From: Podarcis gaigeae
Lineage: Eukaryota
Assembly (NCBI GenBank): GCA_964106915.2
Contig: OZ066919.1
Reading direction: 5' to 3' (one strand)
DNA: 64,000 nucleotides
The notes beneath the pieces were generated by a model. The model searched no databases and was not told where the DNA came from. It saw only the letters and a program-made list of their open reading frames with translations. Below are positions 49,695-62,841 of this stretch, in pieces. The position numbers and the translations under genes were made by a program. Numbering within the stretch: position 1 is the stretch's first letter; every line of letters begins with the position of its first letter.

Positions 49695-52600
49695 GCCATT
49701 AAAACGGGTAGCAAACATGGTGCCCTCTGGATTCTGCTGACTTACAACTCCCACCATGCACATTTATCTGTTAATGTATTTCTTGGTTACTTACTGTTAT
49801 TACAATTGTCACATTTTAGTACTCGCCTTTCAGCCTAAGGCCCCAGAGTGAGTTACATTTATTAAAACATAATATTACACAATATTTAAAACAGTACAGA
49901 AGAACTTAGATACAAAAATAAGGTGGGTCCTAAAAATACAAACCTCAGGTGTCAAAAGCCCGGGGTTAAGATAATAGTAGTGTCAGCAGTAATAAAAATG
50001 AAGTACTTGACTGATTTTCGAAAGTGAAATGAATTAATTGGTGACAATAAATTGGAAAATTCATTTAGAATTGGCAAAATTTATTTACAGGTGGGTGACA
50101 GAAAGAGGGGATCTTGATACACAGCCTGAGGGCGACAGTAGCTGTCTCCAAGCTCCTTGCTACTCTGGAAATGATATGGCTGGTTGCCACTACCCCTTTA
50201 CTCAAGCCACAAGGGCTCAGCTTGCTCTCTGCTCTGCATGGCCCATTGATGTCAATGAACTGTTCTTTACCATCCTTTCACAGGGAATCAAGCAGGTCAC
50301 CACACCCCATTCTTGATCCTTCTTTCCCTCTTTGTTCCTTGTTTTCCTTCACCCACCAGCCATCCAGATTGCAATGGGGAATGATAGCAGGGTGATAGGG
50401 GGCATCATTCAGAGCTTCCTATGGCCATCAGTGTGTGTGTTTCTTAATGTTTTTTACCACCATTGATTGGGAGGAAAATCACACTCTCTTCATTGTAGTG
50501 GAAGGATGTAATTTTCCCACATTGCTGAAGAGTGGGTCAGAGAAACCTGTCTGCTCTAATGCTCTGTCATTACAGCCAAGAAGGCACAATTTTCCTACCC
50601 ATTGGCAGTGGCAACACAATTAAGAAACACAGTTGTCAATATCCTCACTGAGGAGCTGATCAGAATTCAAGTGCTAACAACAATTTTTTTATTTGGCCAA
50701 AACCAATTAATGTGAGTTACAGGAGCTTCATGGGGTCATTTTATGACCTAGGATAGATTTACCCCATTGTCTAAAGTTTTTTGTACTGTCTGATGAGTAT
50801 CAGTTATTTATGCCTGGCCTCTTCCTCTTGTTTCAAATGTGCAGGGCAGCATTGGTGACTCCCCCACCATGCACAGAAGCCAATAAAACTTTATTCTCAC
50901 TTGGATGCCAGTAGACTTTATGAGTTATATGAGGAAGCTCCTTGTAAGGTGGACATCAAAATCATCAGACTATTTAGAAATCATGAAGCCTAATTGCATC
51001 AAGTTCTTCATTTGCATTATCATTTTTAAATCATTTGTGTATAGAGCATTCACAGTTTCTTGACTTTTCATTTTTGTTTGACAAATCTTAAAATAGAAAT
51101 TGATACTATTCACCATTTCATTAAGACCTGAAGATAATGCATGATTGATCTCCACCCTCTTTCGAAACATATTCTGTTTGTTTCATTCTATTGTCATGGC
51201 AATGGCTGGGAGTTGTATTTTGGGCCTCTGAATTTTTCTCCCTCAAGGCACCTCAACCTTGCCTAGAGAAACCGCATACTACAGATTTAGTGTTACGTTT
51301 CAAGTCATGGATTTATATCTCTGTCATGTTCTGACATCCCTCACACCCTTGGGGATTAACCTCTGAGGTCAGGGAGACTGTGAGATTCACAGAATCATCA
51401 CTTCTCAGCTGTTTTGTAGTTTAGGCATAATGGTATATAGCCCATGATGGGCCCTTTGGCGTTGGGAGGCAGTCTAGCAGGATCCATATTGGCCAGCAGT
51501 GGTGGAAGTTGCACCAGTAATTCCTGCTGGTTTTAGGCCTGCTGCTGCCAGTATAAGCCAACAGGCTTTGAGTAAAGAAGTGCTTCTGCTTTAAATCTGT
51601 AGAACTGCTATCCCGTGCAGTCTACTTTGTTCATGTGGTTACCAGACTCTTTCTCAGAACAGAACTGTACTATTCTCTTCTATTCACCTTCCAGTTCCCT
51701 CCTCTAGGGTTTCAGTTCTGCTGCACTTAACAGAGAGGCGGCATGATTGAAAGACTGCAGCAGCATGGGGGTGAGGATTGTAGTATTCTGCCAAAGTGTT
51801 TGTATAGATATTTTGCGTATGCTCCAATGTATGGAAATCCTGTTTTCTTCAGATCTTCTCTATATGGCTCCATACATTTATGGAGTAAGGATAAATTTCA
51901 ACAGTTCTTCTTGAAAGTCTTGTTTTAACTTGTACTGAGCCATTAAATCTATCAACTATATATAGTTATCAACTCAGACTGAACCCCAACTCCACCCCAC
52001 ATACTCCCCTAGTGACACTCCACGGTCTAGCATCACTTCAAATGTAAGTGAAAATTTGGCGGACGTATTGAGCTTGGATCACAAATTAACTTTGTGGGAT
52101 CTTTCCGTTCTTAGGAAAAGGGTTGTCTCTCATTACAAACATATTTAGTAGAAACTCATATGCAGAAAGAGAACAGATGTCCTGGACTAGTATTTGTGTG
52201 AGGTCACTTCATGTATATTATTTTAAAAAGATATCCATATTATTTTAAACAACTTTTACATGCCTATGTTTTAACTGTGATCTACTGAACATGGTAGAGC
52301 ACATTTGTAGTAATAAACTGTTGAGTTTATACAATTCCACTCTGCTTCAGTTAGGAAGCAAGGCAGTCAAGCAAACACACTTGCACTTGCTTTGTTTACA
52401 AACAATTCCAACTTTGTGAATTTTGGACAACACAGTATGTACTATTTATGAACAGAACAGTTCCTTGAGGATGCTAGATTAATGAATTGTGGTTAGTCAT
52501 TAAACTGTTATTGACAATTAAACAACTACCCAGGCTGCACAAGCAGTTTTTATTGTAATATTCTGCTAGTGAAATTTGAGGCATCATCATGTCACACTCT

Positions 52601-55600
52601 GCCTAATATCCTCACACATCTATATTATTTTAATGTAATTTATTATTTTAATAAGAAAACCTTGAGGTCCATTCGGAGGCTGAAAGTCAGGGCATAAATT
52701 TTCGAAAATAAAATACACAATAATTTAAAATATATGTCCTTTCATTTGAAGGAGGATGTCAAATGAAGCATTTAGAAGCAGTTTGAAATGCACAGCCCAC
52801 AAAACACCTTTCAAAGGACTCTGGAAGACCTGACAACCAGCTGTTGTCTTGTGAAGCCTATGGTAAAGTCTCCACCAGTCCGATCTTGTGGAAAACTTTA
52901 CAAGGGGCCTTGCTGATAGTCAGGTTTTTTGAAGCCCTTTGCCAAAGGGCCTTGCATGTGCCACCAAGCAGCTGATTGGCACTTTATGTGATATATGATA
53001 TCAGGTGTGGGATAGATGAGTGTGACTTGACCAAAATGTCCAAGCAGGTGAAATAGCGGAAGGCCTGGTGGGCCTAATTAAGCCTGGTGGTCAGAGTTTC
53101 CGCACTCCTGCATTAAAGGATGTACTTTTTCAAATAAAGGTGCATCTCTTACAAAGTTATTTTAATTGTATTTAGTAGCTTCAGAATGAGTGGAAGTAAA
53201 AATCCAGAAATATGGTTACAGCATATGAGCAGTTCTCTACTTGCCAGAGAATTTATAAAATGTTGCTTGATACCCTTGTCAATAGATTTAATATTATTTC
53301 TACTCCAGTTTCATCTGTGGGGTACAACCCCAACATGATTAGGGGTTAAGATATCAAAATTGGAGATATTTTTACACTAGTCACAGATGTGCTGTTTAGT
53401 TCTCTGGTTCTCCAAACCAGCATTGATTTTTGCCTTTTCTGTGGACCAAGTGCCAGTTGGTCAGCCTTTGTGATGCTTTGTTGAACAGGAGGATTTCCCC
53501 CACAGGCACTGCAGTCACTCATGTTCTCAATTAAAATAGTGTCTGTATAATGAGGAACACTCTGTTCTGTTATCAGCACAGCTTATTTACCTATCATTCA
53601 GCTGTGCTGAGAGCAGCTCTGGTCTGATGGCCTTCCACCTCACGAGAAGTAGTCCTTCTGGGTCACCTTCAGACTGCACATCATACACGCTAAGTTTTCC
53701 ATCAATTAGCCCTCTTATTCCTTGCTTTTGTTAGATCCTTTACTTCACATATGCAAGGTAGTGTCCGTGCCTTCATCCCTAATGATGTCTTGAACAAATG
53801 CATAGTTCTTGCACAGCACGGTGGAAGCTTCTGAAAACTTGTCAGAGGTTTTCTGTGCTTTTTAAAAATCATAAATAAGCCATTTTTATTTTATGGATTC
53901 TCATTTTTCTTTCTCTGATGTCATACGGAGTTTCACACACTTACCATATCTATTTAATAGTGAAAATGCTTTCATACACAAAACTTAAGTAACTTTTTCT
54001 CCACCCAAAAAGTGATAGAAGGAAAGCTCAACCACCTGGCTAGAATTACTGGATGTTGGGTATATCTAAAGAAGAGGTAGAAATACCTATGGTGCCTTTC
54101 ATCATGGCATGTATGGTCCTATAGGCATGTTTGTGGTCTGAGACAAGCTTTAATACAATTGCTTTTGCTAAAAAGATCTACCCAACAAGCACTTGGCAAG
54201 GGATTGCCACTCCATTTGTGAGACTGTGTGGGTATTACTTGCGGAAGAATAAATGTTGCGAAAATCCAAATGTTCTCAAAAAAACAATATAGATGTATTA
54301 TGATATCTTGGCTGACTTTACTGGCATATTAACTTAGTGTTGGTTTCAAATTTCACCAATTGAAAGCTGCTCTTTAAAAACATTTGTGAATAATTGCTGT
54401 ATTGTCAATAAATATTTTAATGACTATTTGCAAGCTGGAAAACCTAAGTTAATACCTGCAAGACAATTTGAATAAAAATACTGTAAAGCTAATTGTTATC
54501 CATTATGTTATACAGACTGTATACTTATAAATTTATAAGTATAACATTATACTTATTTTTAAGTGGATCACAGCCAAGATATGTTCCCTGAACAAAGGGA
54601 CCTTCCAGAGGCTTGCTGTTTTTGGGTAGGATTCAATCACATACCAGCAAATTCAGGTTTGATTTGGTACTCTTTCACAACAAACTCACTTCCCTAAAGA
54701 ATCAGATTTTTAATGATAAAGAAAGTAGCAGGTACATGCACTGGAAAATGTGGGATAACGCTTGCCACACCATCTTATAACATTGGCACAAACAAATCAG
54801 AATGCATGCTCAATAAATAACCGATGTCATACAACCTCCCCACAAACTTCATGCAAACAAATCTGGATGGATGCTCAATATACAGGGCTTCTGGAAGTAA
54901 CAGAAGAGTTTAAAATACTAATTCTTGCAAGTGATCTCAGACAGATGCAAATGTGAACCTCAAAGGGGGCTGGGAGTTAGGGCTTCAGGGACAAGAATGG
55001 ACTCTGGTTTGAAACTCCAACAGCCATTCCTTAGGGATGTCAAAGCCCTTTAGGGTTCATTTTTCAACCAGCCTCAGAAGTTTGGCTAGAATTGTGTCTT
55101 GTTGTTTTGTATGTTTGTATGTATGTTTACTTGGATTTATATTCGGTCTCGTTGATTGTGTTTATAGTGACTGCAAGGGTGTCAGATGCTGTGTTTTAGG
55201 GACTGGAACTGGTTTTCAGGCAAGGAAGTTGATTATAACCCTCTGTTGTTAACCATGTAAAGTTGGCTGGTTTTAACAAGACAAATTGCAGAGAGCTGTC
55301 TTGAAGACTTGTGACAACTGTTAGACCAAAAGAATCACATTTTGCTCATTATTCTTTTGAGGAATCAGCATTATAGGTGGCCTGTCCCCCACCATTGGAT
55401 CAAATAACAACTAAAACTTCTACACACAATGTAGGTGTCAGGTATTTCTCCAAAGAGATTTACTGCAACCATTTCCTCCCAATCCAAAAAGCAGTGACAT
55501 AGAAATGACCCCCACACCCCATAAAGCTGGCAAGGCACTGAAGCAACAGGAATTTTCTCATACATCAAGCCCACTGCTGCAGAAAATGTTGCTCTCCTTG

Positions 55601-55659
55601 CTTTACAGAAATAAAGTGTGAGTTAGCGGGTATCATAGTGTCACCATGCATAGGATTTA

Positions 55660-55901
55660 CAGTGGTACCTCGGGTTACAGATGCTTCAGGTTACAGACAC
55701 TTCAGGTTACAGGCTCCGCTAACCCAGAAATAGTACCTCAGGTTAAAAACTTTGCTTCAGGATGAGAACAGAAATCGTGCTCCGGCGGCGCGGTGGCAGC
55801 GGGAGGCCCCATTAGCTAAAGTGGTACCTCAGGTTAAGAACAGTTTCAGGTTAAGAAAGGACCTCCAGAATGAATTAGGTTCTTAACCGGAGATACCACT
55901 G
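55660..55901. mobile_element. Tc1/mariner (Tigger/pogo-like) MITE
   Basis: Same TIRs and TA TSD as 37465-37706. Confidence 0.92.
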
Positions 55902-56140
55902 TACACTGTTCTGAAGCTACTGATCCTGTAACTGCTATGCCCTGCTTCAAACTGCTTCTGCTTCTCTCCATTGCGACTGGTATACGTTTATGTCAGCAAT
56001 TTTCGAACTCCTCCCACATCCCATGAATCATTTGAAAGTTGCTGAAGGTATTGGTGGACCACTTAATGATTTTTTTGCCTGTTCTGGCAGTTTTAATTCC
56101 ATAGAAATTTGTAATACATTAAAGTACAATATAATAGACA

Positions 56141-56393
56141 GAGCCAGTGTGGTGTAGTGATTAAGAGCGGTAGTCCCGTAATCTTGGCAACCGGGTTCGT
56201 GTCTCTGCTCCTCCACATGCAGCTGCTGGGTGACCTTGGGCTAGTCACACTTCTTTGAAGTCTCTCAGCCCCACTCACCTCACAGAGTGTTTGTTGTGGG
56301 GGAGGAAGGGAAAGGAGAATGTTAGCCGCTTTGAGACTCCTGAAGGGGAGTGAAAGGCGGGATATCAAATCCAAACTCTTCTTCTTCTTCTTC
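56141..56393 (+). mobile_element. Young Squam3-type tRNA-CORE SINE with (CTT)n tail
   Basis: gagccagtgtggtgtagtg box A, gggttcg box B, ctgggtgaccttgggctagtcac CORE, (CTT)n tail. Confidence 0.85.
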
Positions 56394-56688
56394 TAATAAA
56401 TAAAAGGAGCAATAAAAATAAATGTGAATATTTAATGCAATGGATGGCCCATCTCCCATTTTCAAACACAAATCCAAAGACACACCGTGGACTATTTGAA
56501 TGAAGCTTGCAACACTGGCGGTCCATGGATCACAGTTTGGGACACCCTGGTGTGTAAGACATGCAGTCATGTTGCTCAGAACCTTGGTTGCTAGCATGAG
56601 GTCCAAGATTTAAAATCAGGGCTGTGTATAAACTCTGTGATAAAGCTTTCACTAGCACAGGTTGACGTAACAAAAACCTCACAGGCCA

Positions 56689-56691
<3 letters not shown>

Positions 56692-56727
<36 letters not shown>
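56692..56727 (+). repeat. (AC)18 microsatellite
   Basis: Direct reading. Confidence 0.95.
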
Positions 56728-56729
<2 letters not shown>

Positions 56730-58811
56730 TTATTTGCAGCTCCCTTGAATAATTTGAATACCCATTCCTTGTGGGTCTTTCTCACCCTGATCAAGTCAAG
56801 CAATTATAGTGGAGGTAGAAGAATTGTATAATCTGCATTGCTCCTCCTTGGATCTAGAGGTGTGAGGTGCTGCTGCCAGAATCTGCATGCCTGCTTCAAC
56901 CACAAGCCACCCCCACTGCATGGCTTCTTTTGTGTCTAAGATCTTGGCTGTGAGTTCTAGAAGAGCTGCTCCTGCCATGCACCTGACCTAGGAGGACGGG
57001 ACCCTGACTGACTCCAGCTACAAAAGCTGAGGTTGCTGAACAGATTACTAGGTTGGAGTACTGTTTGTGGGGCAGGGATGAGGGTTGTTGGCGGGGTTGT
57101 TACTGTTATTGATACTAGTTTTTGTATCTTTATTTTTAGATCTTACCATGATTTATATGGAAATTGTTCAATTTAGTTGCATACTTTTGGTTGTGCTTTT
57201 TATTGTTTATGCCTACTTGTGTTATATTTGTAATTATGTAAAGATTCCATGTTGTAAACCACCTTGAGCATGGTTTTAACTATAGAAAGGCAGCCTACAG
57301 ATCAAATGATGTGTGTATGTTTGTATTCCCTCTGCATATGAATTGTTGGGAGAGTGAAAATTTTATGTTCTGTTGTTGTCACTGAGGTGAACATGAAAGA
57401 ACAAACATAAGGAACCAAATGATAGAGAAGAAAACATGGTAAAAAGGAAGAGTGAAGGAAAAAATGGTGGTGCACATAGATCTGTGAGATAAAGAGAAGA
57501 AGAGAGGCAGCAGGGAGGTGATGATGCAAAAAGACTTGTGAGATGGGAAACAAAAATAAGAGTAGGTGTTGGATTTTGTCTGTAGAAATTCAGATGTTTG
57601 GATTTATAAGGGTCAGTGGCCTGCTTATCCTTACGGGGCAAATCAAAACTTTTAAGATGGCAAAGGAATGTTTAGGACTGTATATAATGAATCATTTAAA
57701 GTTAATATATACAGACAAAACTGTGTTACAAAATGCTAGCCAAACTACTGATGTCACCATCTTACATTAATAAAAGTGTAAAAGTCACCCTCAGAATGCT
57801 TTGAATTATATGCCCCTGCTCTAAGGCAGACATAATCTGGAGCAAGATATTCTGCATTAAGGATCACCTTGGTACAGATTCTTCCTTGAGCAGCTAGGCA
57901 GTGAGAGAGGAATGAGACAAGTGGCAGAACTATAGTAAGGCGGAAGTTTGTACTGTCCTCTAAAGACTAAGGTACTCCTGATTTTTGCTAGTGCCAACAT
58001 CTGAAAGAAGTCTGAGTAACTGGAAACCTTCTACAGAGGGAAGACACACACATTGCTATTATCATATTAGTTCGAATGGCTTATTGTTCTAGCTCTTGAA
58101 TGTATACACATTTACTTATTAAATAATTAATTAACAACAGAACCCAACTTATTAAACAGCTCCCACCTCATATTGTTAGCAGCAGGAAGTGAACCAACAA
58201 CAAATAAAATGATCCATTAATACTGAATGGCCTCGTTTAAAGATCCTGGGAAGGATTCAACATTGTGCTCTTCCATTTTTTCCGTCAGTACAAACATTTC
58301 AGCTTTCCCAGTGGAATAATCAAATGTCTCCTCCTCCTGCATGCTGTTCTGGGAGTTCTTCAGACCCCATCCCTCCCACCCCTGAGCCAATGTGGGGGGA
58401 GGGGAGAGGAGGAGAGGGAGGAAAGTGCCTTGCACTAGCAGAACTCATTGCACTGATTCCTGCTAGCACACCTACTTAGTTGAATCCAGCCCACTGCTCT
58501 TCTGTCAGACTCCCCTCAGTTGCTTTGAAGCTGCTGTGTGCCATCAACACTCAATGCCAGAGTTATGATCTGTGGCTCTTCTCTCGGGGATTATTGTGAA
58601 AGTATTTGATACCTCTTTGTTTTTCCATAGCCATTCCAGTTGAAATCCTTTCTTCTCTCCTTCCCTCCTCGCCATCTGTGTTCTGCAAAGCTATTTTTCT
58701 CTTCTCAATTAACTCCCTTTCTCTTCTTGTCAATTGCCATGGATCCTTCCTTCCCATTTCCCATGTGCAACTTGCTCCTACATTCTGCTCCAATAGGGAT
58801 TTGCACTAGTT

Positions 58812-58853
58812 ACACACACACACACACACATACACACACACACACACACACAC
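58812..58853 (+). repeat. Interrupted (AC)n microsatellite about 85 nt upstream of exon F
   Basis: Direct reading. Confidence 0.95.
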
Positions 58854-58937
58854 GGGTGCCATTAAATTCTATTGCTTAAGAAAATGAAAACTTAACTTAA
58901 TAGCTTGCATTGTGCTTCCTTCCCCTTTCCTTCACAG

Positions 58938-59084
58938 AACATCCCTACTCTGGGAAGTGTAGCAATAACCATGGTGCTCCACAATTGTGATGAGGTAGCA
59001 GTGGCTGGATTTGGTTATGACATGAGCTCTCCAAATGCACCACTACATTACTATGAAAACATCAAGATGTCTGCCATCAAAGAG
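58938..59084 (+). CDS. ST3GAL3: ST3GAL3 exon F (147 nt, phase 0-0): NIPTLGSVAITMVLHNCDEVAVAGFGYDMSSPNAPLHYYENIKMSAIKE, sialylmotif S and motif III
   Basis: ccctttccttcacag acceptor, gtaagg donor; PTLG...CDEV..AGFGY and HYYE motifs. The final exon (sialylmotif VS) was not found before 64000. Confidence 0.97.
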
Positions 59085-59109
59085 GTAAGGTACTCTATGT
59101 TCAGTAGGC

Positions 59110-59300
59110 AGTAGCCTTGATAGCTAAATCCATGTTCAGAAGCAGAATATCTCTGAATACCAGGTGCAGGAAACAAACAATGGGGGAGGGCTGCTCTCTT
59201 CCTACACTTCTCATTGGTTTCCTGAAGGCATGTATTGGCCACTTTTAGAAACAAGATGGTAGACTTTGTGGACCCTTGAACTGAGCCAGCTATTTATGAA
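59110..59300 (+). mobile_element. CR1 3' UTR fragment immediately downstream of exon F
   Basis: ctctgaataccag...gggctgct...ggccac...ctgagccagc, similar to the UTRs at about 29500-29665 and 49550-49694. Confidence 0.6.
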
Positions 59301-60136
59301 GCAAAATAGTTAACTAGTGGTTTTCCCTCCATGGAGGAAGCTAGGAAAGACAACAAAGCAAATCCAATATCACCTGGATATTGTGCTGCTAGGAACTCAT
59401 ACAAATAGTGGAAGCTCATATTTCATGGTACCGCTCAAAGGATTCATTTACAGCAGAATCCTTTTCTTTTTTTTTCACTTCCCGACCAGCCATTATAAAG
59501 GAAAAGGTACAGGAAAGTGTGATAGAGAACAGATAGTTTAGAAGAACAATGCGGGCCTTAGCAAGGCGTTGTTGGCCATTTTCCATTTATGTAACTTACA
59601 ATTGCTACTTAAGCAACATCCAAGCTACAGACCCAAACTGGTTTTAAATAGTTTGTAACCATCATGGTTTTCCCAGAACAATGCTGAAAAACCATATAGT
59701 GTGAGGCTATGAATAAGTTTTTTTAATTGGAGATCCCTAAATGGAACTACATTTCTGTGAGTTCTGAGGGTGGGGGATTGTGACAGTTTTATGACAGTTT
59801 GAATCACACAATATGTCTTTATTTGATGTACACATATAAAACTCTGGGAGTTGGTTTTGACTGTCCAAGGGAGAAAATGGCAGGGTTTGAACTCAAGTGG
59901 TGGGAATTTTCAAAGCCGAAACAATTAAGATCTATAATTATAATCAGGCAATATTTTAACCAAATATATTCTTGCTATGAGTACTCATTCCATAATTAAT
60001 TTAGTAGTCTTTATGTTATTGTAGAACTTGTTTGGTTGTTGTTGTTTTTACTTCAGTGGAATACCATTTTGGAATAATTAGATATTCACCTCTTTGGAAA
60101 CCAGACTATACTCCCCTGTGCATTACATATGTGGAC

Positions 60137-60369
60137 CAGGGGTGGGGAACCACAGGACCAGGGGCCGTATGCAGCTATTCAAGCCATTCTGTCTGGCTCT
60201 CAGGACTCTTCCCAGACTGTACCCTTCAATGGCCCCACTCTGCACTTTCTCAGGTGCCTTTGGAGTCATACTTGCTGCTCCACTCATTTTGCCTCTGACC
60301 CTGCTCACCAGTGGCATGGTTGTCCATGAGGGTATGTGTCCCTCAGGTTGAAAAGGTTCCCCACCTCTG
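60137..60369. mobile_element. hAT-like MITE
   Basis: TIRs caggggtggggaacc / ggttccccacctctg; no clear TSD. Confidence 0.65.
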
Positions 60370-60586
60370 GTACAGAAGACAGGACAGATTAACTTACCCT
60401 TCCTTACTCCCATTCAGCAGTGAAACAATTTGTCCCATATCTGAACTATTTTTGCTGCAAAAAGTTTTATGGAGATGAATATTTGCCTTATGGCTGCTAC
60501 AGACTAAAGTAATCTGTGAGACGCATCTGATTGTCAGTAAAAATGACAGGCAAATGCAGCTGTTATGGACAGACCAGTCTTCAATA

Positions 60587-60866
60587 AAGGTAAAGGTAAA
60601 GGAACCCTGACAGTTAAGTCCAGTTGCAAACAACTCTGGGGTTGCGGCGCTCATGTCGCTTTACTGGCCGAGGGAGCTGGTGTTCGTGTGCAGACAGTTT
60701 TTTCTGGGTCATGTGGCCAGCATGACTAAGCCGCTTCTGGCGAAACCAGAGCAGCACACGGAAACGCTGTTTACCTTCCCGCCGGAGTGGTACTTATTTA
60801 TCTACTTGCACTTTGACGTGCTTTCTAACTGCTATGTTGGTAGGAGCTGGGGCCAAGCAATGGGAG
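60587..60866 (-). mobile_element. 5'-truncated Sauria SINE
   Basis: (AAAGGT)n tail on the left, body homologous to 34764-35131, tRNA head missing; flanked by 82-bp direct repeats. Confidence 0.92.
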
Positions 60867-62284
60867 TAAAGTAATCTGTGAGACGCACCTGATTGTCAGT
60901 GAAAATGACAGGCAAATGCAGCTGTTATGGACAGACCAGTCTTCAATAGAGTCCAACATTAAAGCATCCTCGACCTGCAAACCATACTAATGGAGGAGCT
61001 GTTCACTGATATATGAGGAGCTCTGTAGACAAAGGTGCAGGAGGATGACCAGCCTTTATGAAGTATCTTTGCCTTCCCATAAGGATTCCAGGTTACATGC
61101 AGAACCATTAGAAAGAGGTATGAAGAATGAATTGCTTTCACGTCATCTCCCACATAGATTGCCTTTTCTCATTATCTGGTCTGTAGGTACCAGGCTAATC
61201 CTCACCTCTCAAACCCAAGTTCTCTTAGGTTTCACTTCCCCTAATACAAGCAGAGCCATCTGCTCCCAAGTATCAATATTTAATTCTTCTCTAGCCTTCA
61301 CTTCTCCCCTCTGGACTAATTGTTTATAATATTATGGAATCTAACTACATGAGAGGGGATTGCATTTCTGCCTTGCCTCGCCTTTTTAATATTAATGACA
61401 GCTAGTAATTGTTAGCCACTTGGGAATTAAGATGAAAGGTAAAAGGGGCAGTGGCTTGGTTTGTCATCTTCTGCTTTTCCCAGGAGTGTAACAAGTGAGA
61501 GTTTGTAGTGCTGCAAGACTGGTGTTCCATGATCAGTAGACTATGCAAATGCCAAGAGGTGAGAAGAATGTTGTGCTATTAGTGATCCATGGTAAAAGTA
61601 CATGTATTGTCTCTCATAACCAGTGCTCTGGAAAGAGCAGCTTTCTCCTTTTGATACTGAGTCAGCTGAGGTTGTATCCTTACTTACCTTTATGCAAGGT
61701 TCTATATGCTCCTTTTACTTTACTGGTGCTTGTTGGCAGGATATCCCACCGTATGCCATAAAGAGCCAGTTCTGTCTATGAAACTTTGAAGCTTTTTGAA
61801 CATCAGTGTTAGTGCCAAATAGGTACAAGGTTTATACGTGTTGTGAAAGAGAGGAGGAAATTAATCATCATAGCTCTTGGGACACAATTATCCATAACAA
61901 TGGGAGGGAAGGGTAATGAGGGTGTGTTGAATATAATTTTCTTTCTTCTATTCTGTAGTAATATTTACATGTACAGTAAAGCCTTGAACAGTTTCATTTG
62001 AACTTAAAACCTATGCCTTTTAAAATGAGTCTTTGGGATTCATCCAGGAAGGTAGGCGTAACATTTTTGAGGCCTAAAACAACTATTGGATGAATGAATG
62101 ACCTGAGTCTAAACTGTTTTGTCATAGGACAGGGGAGTAAAGTCCAGTGTACAACAAGCAAAAATGCATTTTCTGTAAATTTTCAGACAAATCAATCTAC
62201 AGAAGACTGAGAGAACCTTGAAAATGATGGCCTGTGTGACTAGGCACAAAGTATGTTTTGCTTCCAGTGTGGCATCATGTATAG

Positions 62285-62694
62285 CAGGAATGGAGAACCT
62301 TTCTGGCTCTGCAATACAGACCTTTTTTTAGGATTGGCTTTGCAGGCCAAATTTGACAGGTGGGTGAGGTTACCCACCTGTCAATCACTTGACATCACAA
62401 TGACATAAGAGCCAAAACCTGCTTTCTGGTGTGGTGAGGGCTCCACTTGCTCCAGGAGGGTTTCCATTGACAGTAGTTTCATTGAAACCACTTCCCACTC
62501 CTGGAAAAAGGCATGCCTCCACTCCCCATCTGTTTATGCAGAGGGAGTTCAGTCGTGATTTCTTCATGGATCAGCAGCCACATCTCCACCTGCCCCAGGG
62601 CAGCTGGGTGTGGCGTGGGGGAAATTGCCTTGCATGCCAAACAGGGAGAGCTAGTGGCTCAATTCATCCCACAGACCAGAGGTTCCCCACCATG
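62285..62694. mobile_element. Old hAT-like MITE containing a 13-bp hairpin
   Basis: Ends caggaatggagaacct / aggttccccaccatg; internal ttgacaggtgggt / acccacctgtcaa (62353-62384). Confidence 0.5.
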
Positions 62695-62841
62695 ATATTT
62701 TAGGAAATGAGAAGAAATTGCTTGTTGCGTTTCACTTGGTACTGCCCTGTGTACTGCCCTGTTAGAACTTCTGTTCTGATACAAAAGAGAAGGATGGAAT
62801 AGTCTGATAAAAGAGGTCTGTGTACTCTAAACAATATATAT

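Noticed and set aside
53573-53610. 11-bp inverted repeats (also 36115-36146 and 28491-28599) and the 51456-51561 stem
   Set aside because: Short or likely MITE-derived; not clearly above background by eye.
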